From NCBI GenBank assembly GCA_043585105.1, contig CP121325.1:2893299-2957298 (forward strand): DNA of 64,000 nucleotides, given 5' to 3'. This stretch comes from Marivita sp. (GTDB lineage Bacteria > Pseudomonadota > Alphaproteobacteria > Rhodobacterales > Rhodobacteraceae). Position numbers and translations under genes: made by a program. Below, one piece after another: positions 1 through 9,269 of this stretch (positions within the stretch are counted from its first letter, which is position 1; each line of letters starts with the position of its first letter). The notes beneath the pieces were generated by a model, which saw only the letters and a list, made by a program, of their open reading frames with translations, had not been told where the DNA came from and ran no database searches.

Positions 1-918
1 GCCATCGGTTGCCGACGGCTTGGTGCCATCTGCAGCCCATGCGGCAATCGCTTCGATGCCTTTGGAGGCCATCAGCAACGGATACTGCTGCGACGTTGCG
101 CCAATGACTCCGTCCTTGACGTTTTGAACGCCGGGGCAGCCGCCATCGACGGACACGATCAGCACGTCGTTTTCACGGCCGATGGCTTTCAGCGCTTCAT
201 AGGCACCGGCAGCGGCGGGTTCGTTGATGGTGTGCACGACGTTGATGGTCGGGTCTTTTGCGAGCAGGTTTTCCATCGCGCGACGACCGCCTTCTTCGTT
301 GCCGTCGGTCACGTCAGAGCCCACGATGCGCGGGTCGGTTTCGTCGCCGATGACATTCGGGTCACCAAGGTCGATGCCAAAGCCTTGCATGAAGCCCTGG
401 TTGCGCAGGACGTCAACAGTCGGCTGGCTCACGTTCAGGTCGAGCGTTGCGATACGTGCGTTTGCCGCGTCATCGCCAAGCGCCGCTGCAGCCCATTTGC
501 CAATCAATTCACCTGCAAGGAAGTTGTCGGTGGCGAAGGTCATGTCCGCCGCGTCAATCGGATCAAGCGGGGTATCGAGAGCGATCACAAGGATGCCTGC
601 CTCACGGGCCTGCTGCACGACAGGTACGATGGACGATGTGTCCGAAGGCGTCAGCAGGATGCCCTTTGCGCCGCTTGCGATGCAGGTTTCGATCGCTGCG
701 ACCTGTGCTTCGTGGTCGCCGTCGATCTTGCCAGCGTAGCTGTTGAGCGTAATGCCCAACTCTGCAGCTTTGGCTTCCGCGCCTTCGCGCATCTTTACGA
801 AGAACGGGTTGGTGTCGGTCTTGGTGATCAGGCACGCGCTGACGCCATGACCTGCGGCAAAGGCCGCACCAGACATGGATGCCAAAGCGATAGCCGAGCT
901 TAACAATAGTTTCTTCAT
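1..918 (-). CDS. frcB: Sugar (fructose-type) ABC transporter periplasmic binding protein, 3' end beyond the window edge
   Basis: Own translation of the minus strand: [14 protein letters not shown]...[16 protein letters not shown]...SVDGGCPG...[10 protein letters not shown]; signal peptide; GGGAGG RBS; divergent from a ROK regulator. Confidence 0.8.
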   Translation of the reverse strand, partial: MKKLLLSSAIALASMSGAAFAAGHGVSACLITKTDTNPFFVKMREGAEAKAAELGITLNSYAGKIDGDHEAQVAAIETCIASGAKGILLTPSDTSSIVPVVQQAREAGILVIALDTPLDPIDAADMTFATDNFLAGELIGKWAAAALGDDAANARIATLDLNVSQPTVDVLRNQGFMQGFGIDLGDPNVIGDETDPRIVGSDVTDGNEEGGRRAMENLLAKDPTINVVHTINEPAAAGAYEALKAIGRENDVLIVSVDGGCPGVQNVKDGVIGATSQQYPLLMASKGIEAIAAWAADGTKPSATDG

Positions 919-1042
919 GGTTTCCTCCCAGAAATCTTCAATGGTCAATCGTACGGACTGTGATCAGACCGCTTCCCCCCTGCCTGCGATCTCCGCTGCA
1001 GGTTGACAGCGAAAAGGCCAGATTCCAAACCGCCTGTCAATA

Positions 1043-1063
1043 AATAAATAAACTTTATTTATT
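1043..1063. promoter_or_regulatory. Perfect 21-bp AT-rich palindrome, probable ROK operator
   Basis: AATAAATAAA-C-TTTATTTATT between the divergent frcB and ROK genes. Confidence 0.65.
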
Positions 1064-1065
1064 AA

Positions 1066-2316
1066 ATGCCGCCTGCCATTATTGCGCGGAACGGTGGGTT
1101 GATTATGGTTCAAGTCATGGACGGTGGAAAAATCAAAGGGGCAAGTGGCGGCGTCAACCAAAGCGGTGTGCGCAACCATAACGAACGTTTGCTTCTTTCC
1201 ATGTTGCAGCGTCGTAGCGGAATGGCCGGTATAGACCTTGCGCGGCTGACCGGCCTGTCGCCGCAAACCGTATCCGTTATCTTTCGCAAGTTGGAACAGG
1301 ACGGCTTCTTGCGGCGTGGCGATCCGGTGCGCGGCAAGGTTGGCAAACCGTCCATTCCGATGGAACTGTCGCCCGAAGGTGTTCTGTCGCTTGGCCTGAA
1401 GATCGGGCGTCGCAGCGCCGATCTGCTCTTGCTCGACTTCACCGGAAATGTCCGCGCCCAAGTCAGTACGGCCTTTACCTACCCCCTGCCCGACGAGGTG
1501 TTCGCTTTTCTCGAGTCAGGCATGGCCACATTGCTGGCCGATCTCGACACCGAGGAATTGGAACGGGTTTGCGGGATCGGGATCGCGGCGCCGTTCGAGC
1601 TTTGGAAATGGAACGACCTGATCGGGGCGCCGTCGCAGAGGTTCAAGTCATGGAAGGATCTCGACTTTGCCGGGCAGGTCGCCCAGTTCAGCGATCTTCC
1701 GGTGTTCGTGGTCAATGACGCAACCGCCGCATGCCGGGCGGAGCATCTTTACGGGCGCACACATGATTTCCGCGACTATGCGTATTTCTTCATTGGCTCA
1801 TTCGTAGGCGGCGGCGTCGTCGTCAATGACACGGTGTTCGAGGGCAATCAGGGCAACGCCGGCGCGCTTGGGTCGCTGCGCAGCACCGGTCCGTTGGGCG
1901 AAAGCCAGCAATTGATCGACGTGGCCTCGATCCACCTGCTGGAAGAACGCTTGATACAGGCTGGTATCGATCCCCGTATCCTATGGCATCAACCTCAGGA
2001 TTGGAGCGACCTAAGCCGCTATGTAGACCCTTGGATCGGGGAAACCGCGCAGGAATTGGCCAAAGCCTCTTTGTCTGTGTGTGCAGTGATCGACTTTGAA
2101 GCGGTGCTGATCGACGGGGCCTTTCCCGCCGCCGTTAGGATCGAACTGGTGGAACGGGTGCGGCGCTATCTGGTCAATCAGGACACCCGTGGCCTGATCG
2201 CACCGCAGATCGAACCCGGCAGCGTGGGCGGCAATGCCCGTGCCATCGGCGCAGCCAGCAGCCCGATCTTCACGCAGTTCCTACTGAACACCAACGCGGG
2301 CTTGGCGGCTTTTTGA
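1066..2316 (+). CDS. ROK family transcriptional regulator (FrcR-like); true start may be ATG 1105 or 1117
   Basis: N-terminal HTH (LARLTGLSPQTVS), GKVGKP, NDATAACRAE, GGGVV..GNAGALGS. Confidence 0.85.
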   Translation: MPPAIIARNGGLIMVQVMDGGKIKGASGGVNQSGVRNHNERLLLSMLQRRSGMAGIDLARLTGLSPQTVSVIFRKLEQDGFLRRGDPVRGKVGKPSIPMELSPEGVLSLGLKIGRRSADLLLLDFTGNVRAQVSTAFTYPLPDEVFAFLESGMATLLADLDTEELERVCGIGIAAPFELWKWNDLIGAPSQRFKSWKDLDFAGQVAQFSDLPVFVVNDATAACRAEHLYGRTHDFRDYAYFFIGSFVGGGVVVNDTVFEGNQGNAGALGSLRSTGPLGESQQLIDVASIHLLEERLIQAGIDPRILWHQPQDWSDLSRYVDPWIGETAQELAKASLSVCAVIDFEAVLIDGAFPAAVRIELVERVRRYLVNQDTRGLIAPQIEPGSVGGNARAIGAASSPIFTQFLLNTNAGLAAF

Positions 2317-2331
2317 CCGTTTGGTCAAAAA
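2310..2331. terminator. Hairpin between convergent genes containing both stop codons
   Basis: TTTTTGACC-GTTT-GGTCAAAAA; TGA at 2314-2316 and minus-strand TGA at 2325-2327. Confidence 0.5.
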
Positions 2332-3128
2332 ATCCCTTTGTTGCTCATCGCGTCAGGGAGTTCTGACGGTGGGTCCAGATCAAACGCATCGTGCAGGCAC
2401 GACATGACCGCCTCCGGAGTTTGCAAAACCTCAACCGCAAGCGGCCTGCCCTTTGCGAATTTGCGAAACGTCGCCCCATCCAACACCAGCCGCGAGTCAG
2501 CAGTTTGTCGGGTCACAACCAGAGTGCGTGTGAAAAGCGATCCCGGCAAGGTTGCGGCAAGCCAATTGCCCGCCTGCACATCCGACATCGTCGTCATTTC
2601 ATCGGTGAAAGCATAAAGATCTCGCCAGTCGCCTTCGGAAACTTGCCGTGACAACACCGTGCCTAAACCAGTGCGTGTTTGTGTCCGCAGATCCAGTGTC
2701 TCTGACCCGAGCAAGAAGGGTCCGGTCGGCCCCGGCCCACCGAAGCCCACATCGACAAGGTAATCGGCCAGGTCCAACCGAACGAGGCACAGGCAATGGC
2801 TGCGCGGCCCCGGCACATCGCGCTGCCACATGACGCGCGCCATGCGCAGGCGGGCGTCAAAGCCCAAAACACGCAGACCAGCGCACAGGAGCGGGTTCAG
2901 TTCAACGCAATACCCGCCGCGCCGCTGGTGAAGAATCTTGTTCGACAGCGCCTCAACGCCGACATCCGGCACGCCACCGCAAAAAACGGTCAGGTTCTCG
3001 AACGGAATGCGGTCCAGATGCGCACGAATGATCCTGGTCAAGCTGTCCAGCGACACAGGCAGATCGCCGGCAAGCCCAAGACGGGCCAGCCACGCATCCA
3101 CCATGTCTTGTGACGCTGCTCCGACCAA
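2325..3128 (-). CDS. Arylamine N-acetyltransferase family protein
   Basis: IPFENL, RRGGYC(Cys)ELN, RSH(His), YLVD(Asp)VGFG catalytic triad motifs. Confidence 0.9.
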   Translation of the reverse strand: MVGAASQDMVDAWLARLGLAGDLPVSLDSLTRIIRAHLDRIPFENLTVFCGGVPDVGVEALSNKILHQRRGGYCVELNPLLCAGLRVLGFDARLRMARVMWQRDVPGPRSHCLCLVRLDLADYLVDVGFGGPGPTGPFLLGSETLDLRTQTRTGLGTVLSRQVSEGDWRDLYAFTDEMTTMSDVQAGNWLAATLPGSLFTRTLVVTRQTADSRLVLDGATFRKFAKGRPLAVEVLQTPEAVMSCLHDAFDLDPPSELPDAMSNKGIF

Positions 3129-3134
3129 CGCGCC

Positions 3135-4091
3135 TTAACCTTCTGCCGGAGGGGTTCCGTGGGTGTGGAAGGTCTCGATCGTCTTGAGCCCCCAAGCCTG
3201 CCCTCGCTTGCGTTCCGTTTCGGTCCAGGTGACGGTTTCCCAATCCGGTTGCAGGATCAGCCGCGCGCCCGCATTTGCCAGTTCCACCCGGTTGCCCGCC
3301 GGTTCCCAGACATAAAGGAAGAACGTTCCCTGAATGCCGTGCTTGTGCGGGCCGGTTTCGATATGGACCCCGTTCTCCAGAAAGATGTCGGCGGCGCGCA
3401 GGATGTCTTCACGTTGATCGGTGGCGTAGGTGACATGGTGTAGACGGTTGCTGCCGCGCCCGTGTTCCTCGGTGCAGGCCAAATCGTAGGTCTTGTTGTT
3501 GATCGTGAACCAGCAGCCGCCCAGCCGCCCGTTGTCCAAACGGATCTGTTCGGTCACGCGGCTGCCCAGACAGGTCTGCATGAAGTCGCGGAACTGGGTC
3601 ACGTCTTCAGCAAGAAGGTTAAGGTGATCAAGCCTCCGTGGCGAAACTCCCTGCGCGTGAAAGCGGCTCGACATGTTCTTCAACGCCGGTTTGTCATCTT
3701 CGGGAGGGTCGTATTTCACCGTGTCCCAGTACAGCTCAAACACATGGCCGAACGGGTCTTCGAACCGATAGGCACGCCCATGCCCCAAGTCGCCGTCAAC
3801 CCAGCCGTGGCTGGTATATCCCGATGCCTCAATCACGGCCATCCGCCGTTCCAGCGCAGCCTCGGACGAAACGCGATACCCAATATGAGCCACCCCGGTT
3901 GTGTCGGATTTCGTCAGCTTGAGTGTGTGGAATTCGTAGTCGTCCCACGCCCGCAGATAGGCGCTGTCGCCCTCAAGTGCGGACAGTTTCAAACCATAGA
4001 CTCGCGTAAAGAAATCAAGGCTCTCGTCGAACTTGTTGGTTAAAATCTCCACATGGCCGAGATGGGCAACGTCAAAGCAGGGTTCGGTCAT
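3135..4091 (-). CDS. Catechol 2,3-dioxygenase (VOC-type extradiol dioxygenase)
   Basis: AHLGHVE, YLRAWDDYE, RRLDHLNL, LHHVTY, GPHKHG, YVWEPAGNRVE. Confidence 0.9.
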   Translation of the reverse strand: MTEPCFDVAHLGHVEILTNKFDESLDFFTRVYGLKLSALEGDSAYLRAWDDYEFHTLKLTKSDTTGVAHIGYRVSSEAALERRMAVIEASGYTSHGWVDGDLGHGRAYRFEDPFGHVFELYWDTVKYDPPEDDKPALKNMSSRFHAQGVSPRRLDHLNLLAEDVTQFRDFMQTCLGSRVTEQIRLDNGRLGGCWFTINNKTYDLACTEEHGRGSNRLHHVTYATDQREDILRAADIFLENGVHIETGPHKHGIQGTFFLYVWEPAGNRVELANAGARLILQPDWETVTWTETERKRGQAWGLKTIETFHTHGTPPAEG

Positions 4092-4098
4092 AGGCGCC

Positions 4099-5403
4099 TC
4101 AATTGAACATGGTATTTGGCAGGAAAAGCGAAATTTGGGGGAACGCCACGAGGATTGCGAGCGTCACCAGCATCATGACCCAGAACGGAATGACTCCGAC
4201 AAAGATCCGCCCCAGAGACACGCCGGGGGCCACCGATTTTACAATGAACACGTTGAGTCCCACAGGCGGCGAGATCAGCCCCATTTCCAGCGACAGCACC
4301 ACAAGAACCCCGAACCAGATCGGGTCGATGCCCAATTCCAGCACGATGGGAAAGAAGATCGGCAACGTCAGCACGAGCATCGCAAATCCTTCGAGAAAGC
4401 ACCCCAAAACAATGTATATGCCAAGGATCAGAAGCAGACTTCCCATCGGCCCCAAATCAAGCGCCACAAAGGCCTGTGCCACCAAATCGGTCATATGACT
4501 GAGCGCGAGAAACGGATTGATCATATGTGCCGCAATCAGGATCAGCATGACGGTCGCCGTGGTGACAACACTGTCTTTTGCAGCGGCCCAGAGCATAGGT
4601 AGCTTTAATTTCCGCGTGCCGATGCCGATTAGGATCACCGCTCCGGCCCCAACAGCGGCAGCTTCGACAGGTGAAAAGAACCCGCCATACATGCCACCGA
4701 TCGTGATGAAGATCACCAGAACGATTGGACCAGCACGGCTGACCGCGCGAAGTTTTTCGGTCAGAGCCGTTGACGGACCCGCAGGCCCGAATTCGGGGCG
4801 GATCATACAAAGCACGGTGACCGCCAGCACGAACATCGCCAGCAGCAGCAACCCCGGAAGGACACCGGCTAGGAACAGGCGTCCAATGGATTGCTCGGTC
4901 AGGATGGCGTAGATCACAAAGCCCGTGGAAGGCGGGATCAAGATGCCCAGTGTTCCGCCTGCTGCGACCACACCAGTGGACAGGCGGTCATCGTATTTGA
5001 AGCGGTCCATCTCGGCGAGTGCGACCTTGCCCATGGTCAGGGCAGATGCCACCGAAGAGCCCGAAAGCGCTGCAAACCCGCCGCAGCCAATCACAGTGGC
5101 CGAAGCCAAACCACCCCGGATCGAGCCGATCACGGCATAGGCAGCATCAAACAATTGGCGGCTCATGCCGGTGTGTGACGCGACATTGCCCATCAAGATG
5201 AACAGTGGGATCACCACGAGTTCCGGCGAGGATGCGAGGGTATACGCCTCGGACGCCAAGAGCGAGGTGGCCGCGTTGAGCCCATTCAGCGCCCAGATGC
5301 CAAGAAACCCGATCACGAACATGGCGAACGCAACCGGCACCCGCAGTGCAAGCAGCGCAAACAGGGCAAGCATTCCCACAACACCAGTGGCAGATGCGCT
5401 CAT
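4099..5403 (-). CDS. TRAP transporter large permease (DctM)
   Basis: FAALSGSSVA, GGTLGILIPPS, GLISPPVGLN. Confidence 0.92.
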   Translation of the reverse strand: MSASATGVVGMLALFALLALRVPVAFAMFVIGFLGIWALNGLNAATSLLASEAYTLASSPELVVIPLFILMGNVASHTGMSRQLFDAAYAVIGSIRGGLASATVIGCGGFAALSGSSVASALTMGKVALAEMDRFKYDDRLSTGVVAAGGTLGILIPPSTGFVIYAILTEQSIGRLFLAGVLPGLLLLAMFVLAVTVLCMIRPEFGPAGPSTALTEKLRAVSRAGPIVLVIFITIGGMYGGFFSPVEAAAVGAGAVILIGIGTRKLKLPMLWAAAKDSVVTTATVMLILIAAHMINPFLALSHMTDLVAQAFVALDLGPMGSLLLILGIYIVLGCFLEGFAMLVLTLPIFFPIVLELGIDPIWFGVLVVLSLEMGLISPPVGLNVFIVKSVAPGVSLGRIFVGVIPFWVMMLVTLAILVAFPQISLFLPNTMFN

Positions 5404-5906
5404 GACCGTCTCTCTTTCCGGACGTCACGGCCCGTTATCGACAACTCCAGCGCGCGCAAGGCAAGCCCCAGCGACGCGAGACACAGAAAGGCGATTGCGG
5501 CCCATTGGAACCATGCTTTGGGTAGGTAAAGAAGGTTCGTCGACAGATTGAGCATAACCGACAGTTTCGCACTGTCCCATGTTGCCCAAGCCAGTGTGGC
5601 GAAAATGATCGCGCCAATCACAGCCACCAAAATGTCGATCAGACGGTTCATCCCGTCCGGAAAATACCGTTCGAACAGATCGACCGATATGTGTCCACCC
5701 AAGCGGTCACACAACGCCATCGGCGCAAAAACGAGGATCACTGTCGCCATCGTCGTGATGTCCTGTCCGCCGTAGAGAGGCTTGCCAAAGGCGCGCCCGA
5801 CTACGTCGATCAACACAACAATCACGATGAACAAAAGCGCAGTCGATCCAATAGCGGCGGACAGGCCGATCAGCCTGTCCGCAAGGGTGCGTATCCGCTC
5901 CAACAC
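5400..5906 (-). CDS. TRAP transporter small permease (DctQ)
   Basis: 4 TM segments, GGHISVDL motif, lies between dctP and dctM. Confidence 0.88.
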   Translation of the reverse strand: MLERIRTLADRLIGLSAAIGSTALLFIVIVVLIDVVGRAFGKPLYGGQDITTMATVILVFAPMALCDRLGGHISVDLFERYFPDGMNRLIDILVAVIGAIIFATLAWATWDSAKLSVMLNLSTNLLYLPKAWFQWAAIAFLCLASLGLALRALELSITGRDVRKERRS

Positions 5907-6881
5907 TTAGTTCTGCATCGCAGCCAAAGCTGCATCGCCGCCGACGCTGGCGACGTATTCGGCCACAACACCCGAGACAGCGTCGGTGAAGGCCTGTGCC
6001 TCTTCTGCGGTCAGATCGACAAAAGTGTTCTTGTCGTCCTGACGCGCACGGGCCACGCCTTCTTCGCCGGTGACGTTCCATGCTGCTTCGGCGTTATTGC
6101 CAAGCGCACAGCCGCTGGCCGCGTCGAACGCCGCTTTCGCGTCATCGGACAGGCCGTTATAGGCGTTCTGCCCCATCACCGCAAAGAACGCGAGGCGACC
6201 CAGAGGTGCGCCGATGGTGAACGCATCCGCCACTTCATCGAGTTTGAAGTCGTTGAGCGTGGATGATCCAGTGAACACGCCATCGATCAGACCGGTCTGC
6301 AGCGAGTTGTAGACCTGGTTGATCGGCATCTGCACCGGGGTTGCGCCCAAAGCTTCTGCGACCTTGCCTGCGGTTGCACCGGCAACACGGATCTTGAGGC
6401 CTGCGAGATCAGAAGGTGTGCGGACAGCCTTGTCCTTCATGATCATGATGTTCGGCTCGGACGTCCAAAGCGCCACAGGCACGGTACCGGGGAATTCGCC
6501 CGAGATCTCGTCCATTGCATCACAAAGGGCATCCGCACCGGATTTGCCGTTCGGCACAACGCCCGGCAGTTCGACGATCATGGTCTTTTCGAATTGTTGC
6601 GAGGTGTAGCCCGGCAGACCCCATGTGATGTCGGCGACGCCCTGAACCGCGCGCACATATTGCTCAACCGGGCCCGCGCCCAGCTCACCTCCGTGATAGC
6701 CGCGCACAGTAAGACCGCCGCCTGTCGCCGCGGAGAGATCGGCATTGAGTTTTTCGATCACGCTGGCGTTGACTGTGTGGAACGGCGGCGTGAAATTAGC
6801 GAATTTCAGCTCTTGAGCAGACAGAGGTGCAGCAGCAGCCACAGCCAGAGCAGCCCCGATAAACGTAGTTCTCAGTGTCAT
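5907..6881 (-). CDS. TRAP substrate-binding protein (DctP family)
   Basis: Signal peptide, DLAGLKIRV, LQTGLIDG. Confidence 0.92.
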   Translation of the reverse strand: MTLRTTFIGAALAVAAAAPLSAQELKFANFTPPFHTVNASVIEKLNADLSAATGGGLTVRGYHGGELGAGPVEQYVRAVQGVADITWGLPGYTSQQFEKTMIVELPGVVPNGKSGADALCDAMDEISGEFPGTVPVALWTSEPNIMIMKDKAVRTPSDLAGLKIRVAGATAGKVAEALGATPVQMPINQVYNSLQTGLIDGVFTGSSTLNDFKLDEVADAFTIGAPLGRLAFFAVMGQNAYNGLSDDAKAAFDAASGCALGNNAEAAWNVTGEEGVARARQDDKNTFVDLTAEEAQAFTDAVSGVVAEYVASVGGDAALAAMQN

Positions 6882-6972
6882 GTCTTCCTCCCATGAAGGG
6901 TCTGATAGGTCTCAGACCGCGTGTGACGGGCAGCGCTCCTTCTGCGTGAGCACTGCCCGAATGACGTGCCGA

Positions 6973-8379
6973 TCAGACCGCTTTGGTCCGCCAGCTGTTT
7001 TCAGCATAGCTCGAACGGGCCTCGTTCGAATAAGGTGTCTGCGACACGCGGACCCGGATTTCGGCCTGCTTGTGCTGTTCGGCGGATGTTTTCGCCGTAT
7101 CGTCGGATTCACCCCAACGCAGTGTCAGAACGTCGCCCACCTCAACGCTTTGATCGACCACACCCAGCGACAGCACACAGCGTTCATTGTAGCTATAGCC
7201 GTTGAACATGCTCATCCCGACCATCTTGTCGCCATGCATGACCATATCCGCTGAAGAGGACGCGTAGTTCGGCTGCGGGAAGTCGATCCATTTATAGGGG
7301 ATGCCATCCTCAAACGCCGATGCGATGACCTTGAGCACATCTTCCTTATTCCATTCAAAGGTGACTTTCTTGCGGTTGGTCTTGCTCTCTTTCATCTTGA
7401 GGAGCGCGTCCTTGCCGATGAAGTCGTATTTTTTCCAGCCGATGTAGAAGTCATAGCCCAGTTCGAACGGGTTGACGTAGTAGTCTTCGATGTTGTCGCT
7501 GATGAAGCTGCCGCCGATGGCGCCTGCCGCTTCGTACATGTCGGTGCCCAGCCAGTCGCGGTAATCGGCCAGCATGCCGTCACCGGTATAGATGCCCGGC
7601 AGCGGCGACGGGATCCAACCCGACTCAAGCGTGTTGGTCGAGTAGGCGCGGCTGCCACACTGAACCAGATCAACGCCTGCATCGCGCGCGGCCTGAAGGA
7701 TGGTCGAGTGGATGTAGTGCTTGTCCTCGTAGGGGCCCCACACTTCGAGACCCGGCGCGCCGGACATGCCGTGACGCAGTGCCTGCACCTTCTTGGAGCC
7801 GATATTGATCCAGTCAACGTGGAAGAACTTGATGTCCGGGATCGGTCCGCCGTTCATCTTTTCAAAAATCTTCGGCGCGTCCGGACCTTGGATCTGGTAA
7901 CGGTAATGGGTGCGCAGCACGCGCTCACCCTCGGGGCGCGATGTAGAGCGCGGATCGTGCTTGATCCGCACATTCCACTTACCCCAAGCCGCCGCAAACA
8001 TCAGCCAGTTGGATGTCGGTGCGCGACCGACGAGGATAAATTTGTCCTCACGCTCGCGGAAGATGATGTGGTCGCCGATCACGTGGCCGTTCGGTGTTAC
8101 GGGCACGTAGTGCTTGGCGCGGTTCAGGTTGAAATTCCCGAACGCGTTGATGCCGTGATAGGCAAGAAATTCTTCGGCCTGTGGGCCTTCGACGATCAGC
8201 TCGTCCATGTGGTGTGATTGATCGAATAGAACAGCCGTTTTGCGCCAAGCTTCCTGTTCGACGCGCCAGTTGCGGAATTCCGGAGTTACGACTGGGTAGA
8301 CATACATCCCAATCTGGGAATTCCGAAGCATTTCAACGGGATTCCCCCATTCCTTCATCTTGTCAGACAAGCTGGGCAT
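6973..8379 (-). CDS. ligM: THF-dependent aryl O-demethylase (vanillate/3-O-methylgallate type, GcvT fold)
   Basis: EMLRNSQIG.YVYPVV, LFDQSHHM, GRAPTSNWL, GSRAYSTNTLESGWIPSPLP closely resemble Sphingobium LigM as recalled. Confidence 0.8.
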   Translation of the reverse strand: MPSLSDKMKEWGNPVEMLRNSQIGMYVYPVVTPEFRNWRVEQEAWRKTAVLFDQSHHMDELIVEGPQAEEFLAYHGINAFGNFNLNRAKHYVPVTPNGHVIGDHIIFREREDKFILVGRAPTSNWLMFAAAWGKWNVRIKHDPRSTSRPEGERVLRTHYRYQIQGPDAPKIFEKMNGGPIPDIKFFHVDWINIGSKKVQALRHGMSGAPGLEVWGPYEDKHYIHSTILQAARDAGVDLVQCGSRAYSTNTLESGWIPSPLPGIYTGDGMLADYRDWLGTDMYEAAGAIGGSFISDNIEDYYVNPFELGYDFYIGWKKYDFIGKDALLKMKESKTNRKKVTFEWNKEDVLKVIASAFEDGIPYKWIDFPQPNYASSSADMVMHGDKMVGMSMFNGYSYNERCVLSLGVVDQSVEVGDVLTLRWGESDDTAKTSAEQHKQAEIRVRVSQTPYSNEARSSYAENSWRTKAV

Positions 8380-8403
8380 AGACGTGATCTCCTCCTGAGG
8401 ATC

Positions 8404-9132
8404 TTATTCTGCGGATAGTAGAGACAGGCCGGGCACGCGCGTTGCGACCCCTGGTCCGGCGTTGGCAAGGTAGTCAAGATTGCGCCGAGCAAGGCGGGCG
8501 TGTTCGCGCGCCAGATATTCCGCTCGAGCGCCTTCACGGGCGCGGATCGCCTCAACGATGGCCCGGTGTTGATGCTGTGCGCGCAACAGCGACGCGCTGA
8601 AATCAGGGATCAACTCCTGTTCGCGCAGGAAGGCGCTTGGCGACGCCAACGGCAAGCGACTCACCCGGTCCGCTTCGCGCTGCATAAGCTGACTGCCAGA
8701 CAAGTGTGCCAAGAGCCTATGAAAGCTGGCGTTTTCAGCGATGTAGGCGTCAAAATCGATATTGTCGGGATGTTTGAGAGCAATGTCGATCCGGTCCAAA
8801 ACGCGCTCAACCTCGGCCAGCGCTACGGGATCTGCTCCCCGCTCTGCCGCGAGCCGCACCGCAGTGCCTTCGATGACGCCGCGCAATTCGATCGCATCGT
8901 TGATGTCATCCAGCGTAAAGCGTGCCACCCGACAGCCGCCAGTCTCGATCCGCTCAAGCAGACCCTCGGCCACCAAATGGTCCATCGCCTGCCGCAGCGG
9001 CGTGCGCGAAAGACCCAGCCTCTCGGACAGAGCGACCTCAGGCAAACGGGCGCTGCCAGAGAATTCGCCACTCATCACGAGCGAACGAAGACCAAGCAGC
9101 GCCTTGTCGAACTGTGTCTTGCGATCAGACAT
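8404..9132 (-). CDS. GntR/FCD regulator, VanR-like
   Basis: LSERLGLSRTPLR, DAIELRGVIEGTAVRLAAERG, LPLASPSAF, EGARAE..REHAR. Confidence 0.88.
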   Translation of the reverse strand: MSDRKTQFDKALLGLRSLVMSGEFSGSARLPEVALSERLGLSRTPLRQAMDHLVAEGLLERIETGGCRVARFTLDDINDAIELRGVIEGTAVRLAAERGADPVALAEVERVLDRIDIALKHPDNIDFDAYIAENASFHRLLAHLSGSQLMQREADRVSRLPLASPSAFLREQELIPDFSASLLRAQHQHRAIVEAIRAREGARAEYLAREHARLARRNLDYLANAGPGVATRVPGLSLLSAE

Positions 9133-9191
9133 GCACCCCCCTCAGAGCGCCCGCTACTCTCCCCTGCGGCGTTCTGATAGATGTGGTAGAT

Positions 9192-9261
9192 TGTATACAG
9201 AAACCTGTCAATAAGGGATTTTCCCGTCATCAAAGGAAGCTTTTTACATTTTCTGTATACA
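9192..9261. promoter_or_regulatory. Pair of TGTATACA boxes forming a 12-bp inverted repeat; probable GntR operators
   Basis: TGTATACAGAAA at 9192-9203 and TTTCTGTATACA at 9250-9261, upstream of the GntR gene. Confidence 0.6.
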
Positions 9262-9269
9262 TTAATTTA

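Noticed and set aside
124-903. 259-aa plus-strand ORF
   Set aside because: Antisense shadow of the frcB-like gene on the minus strand
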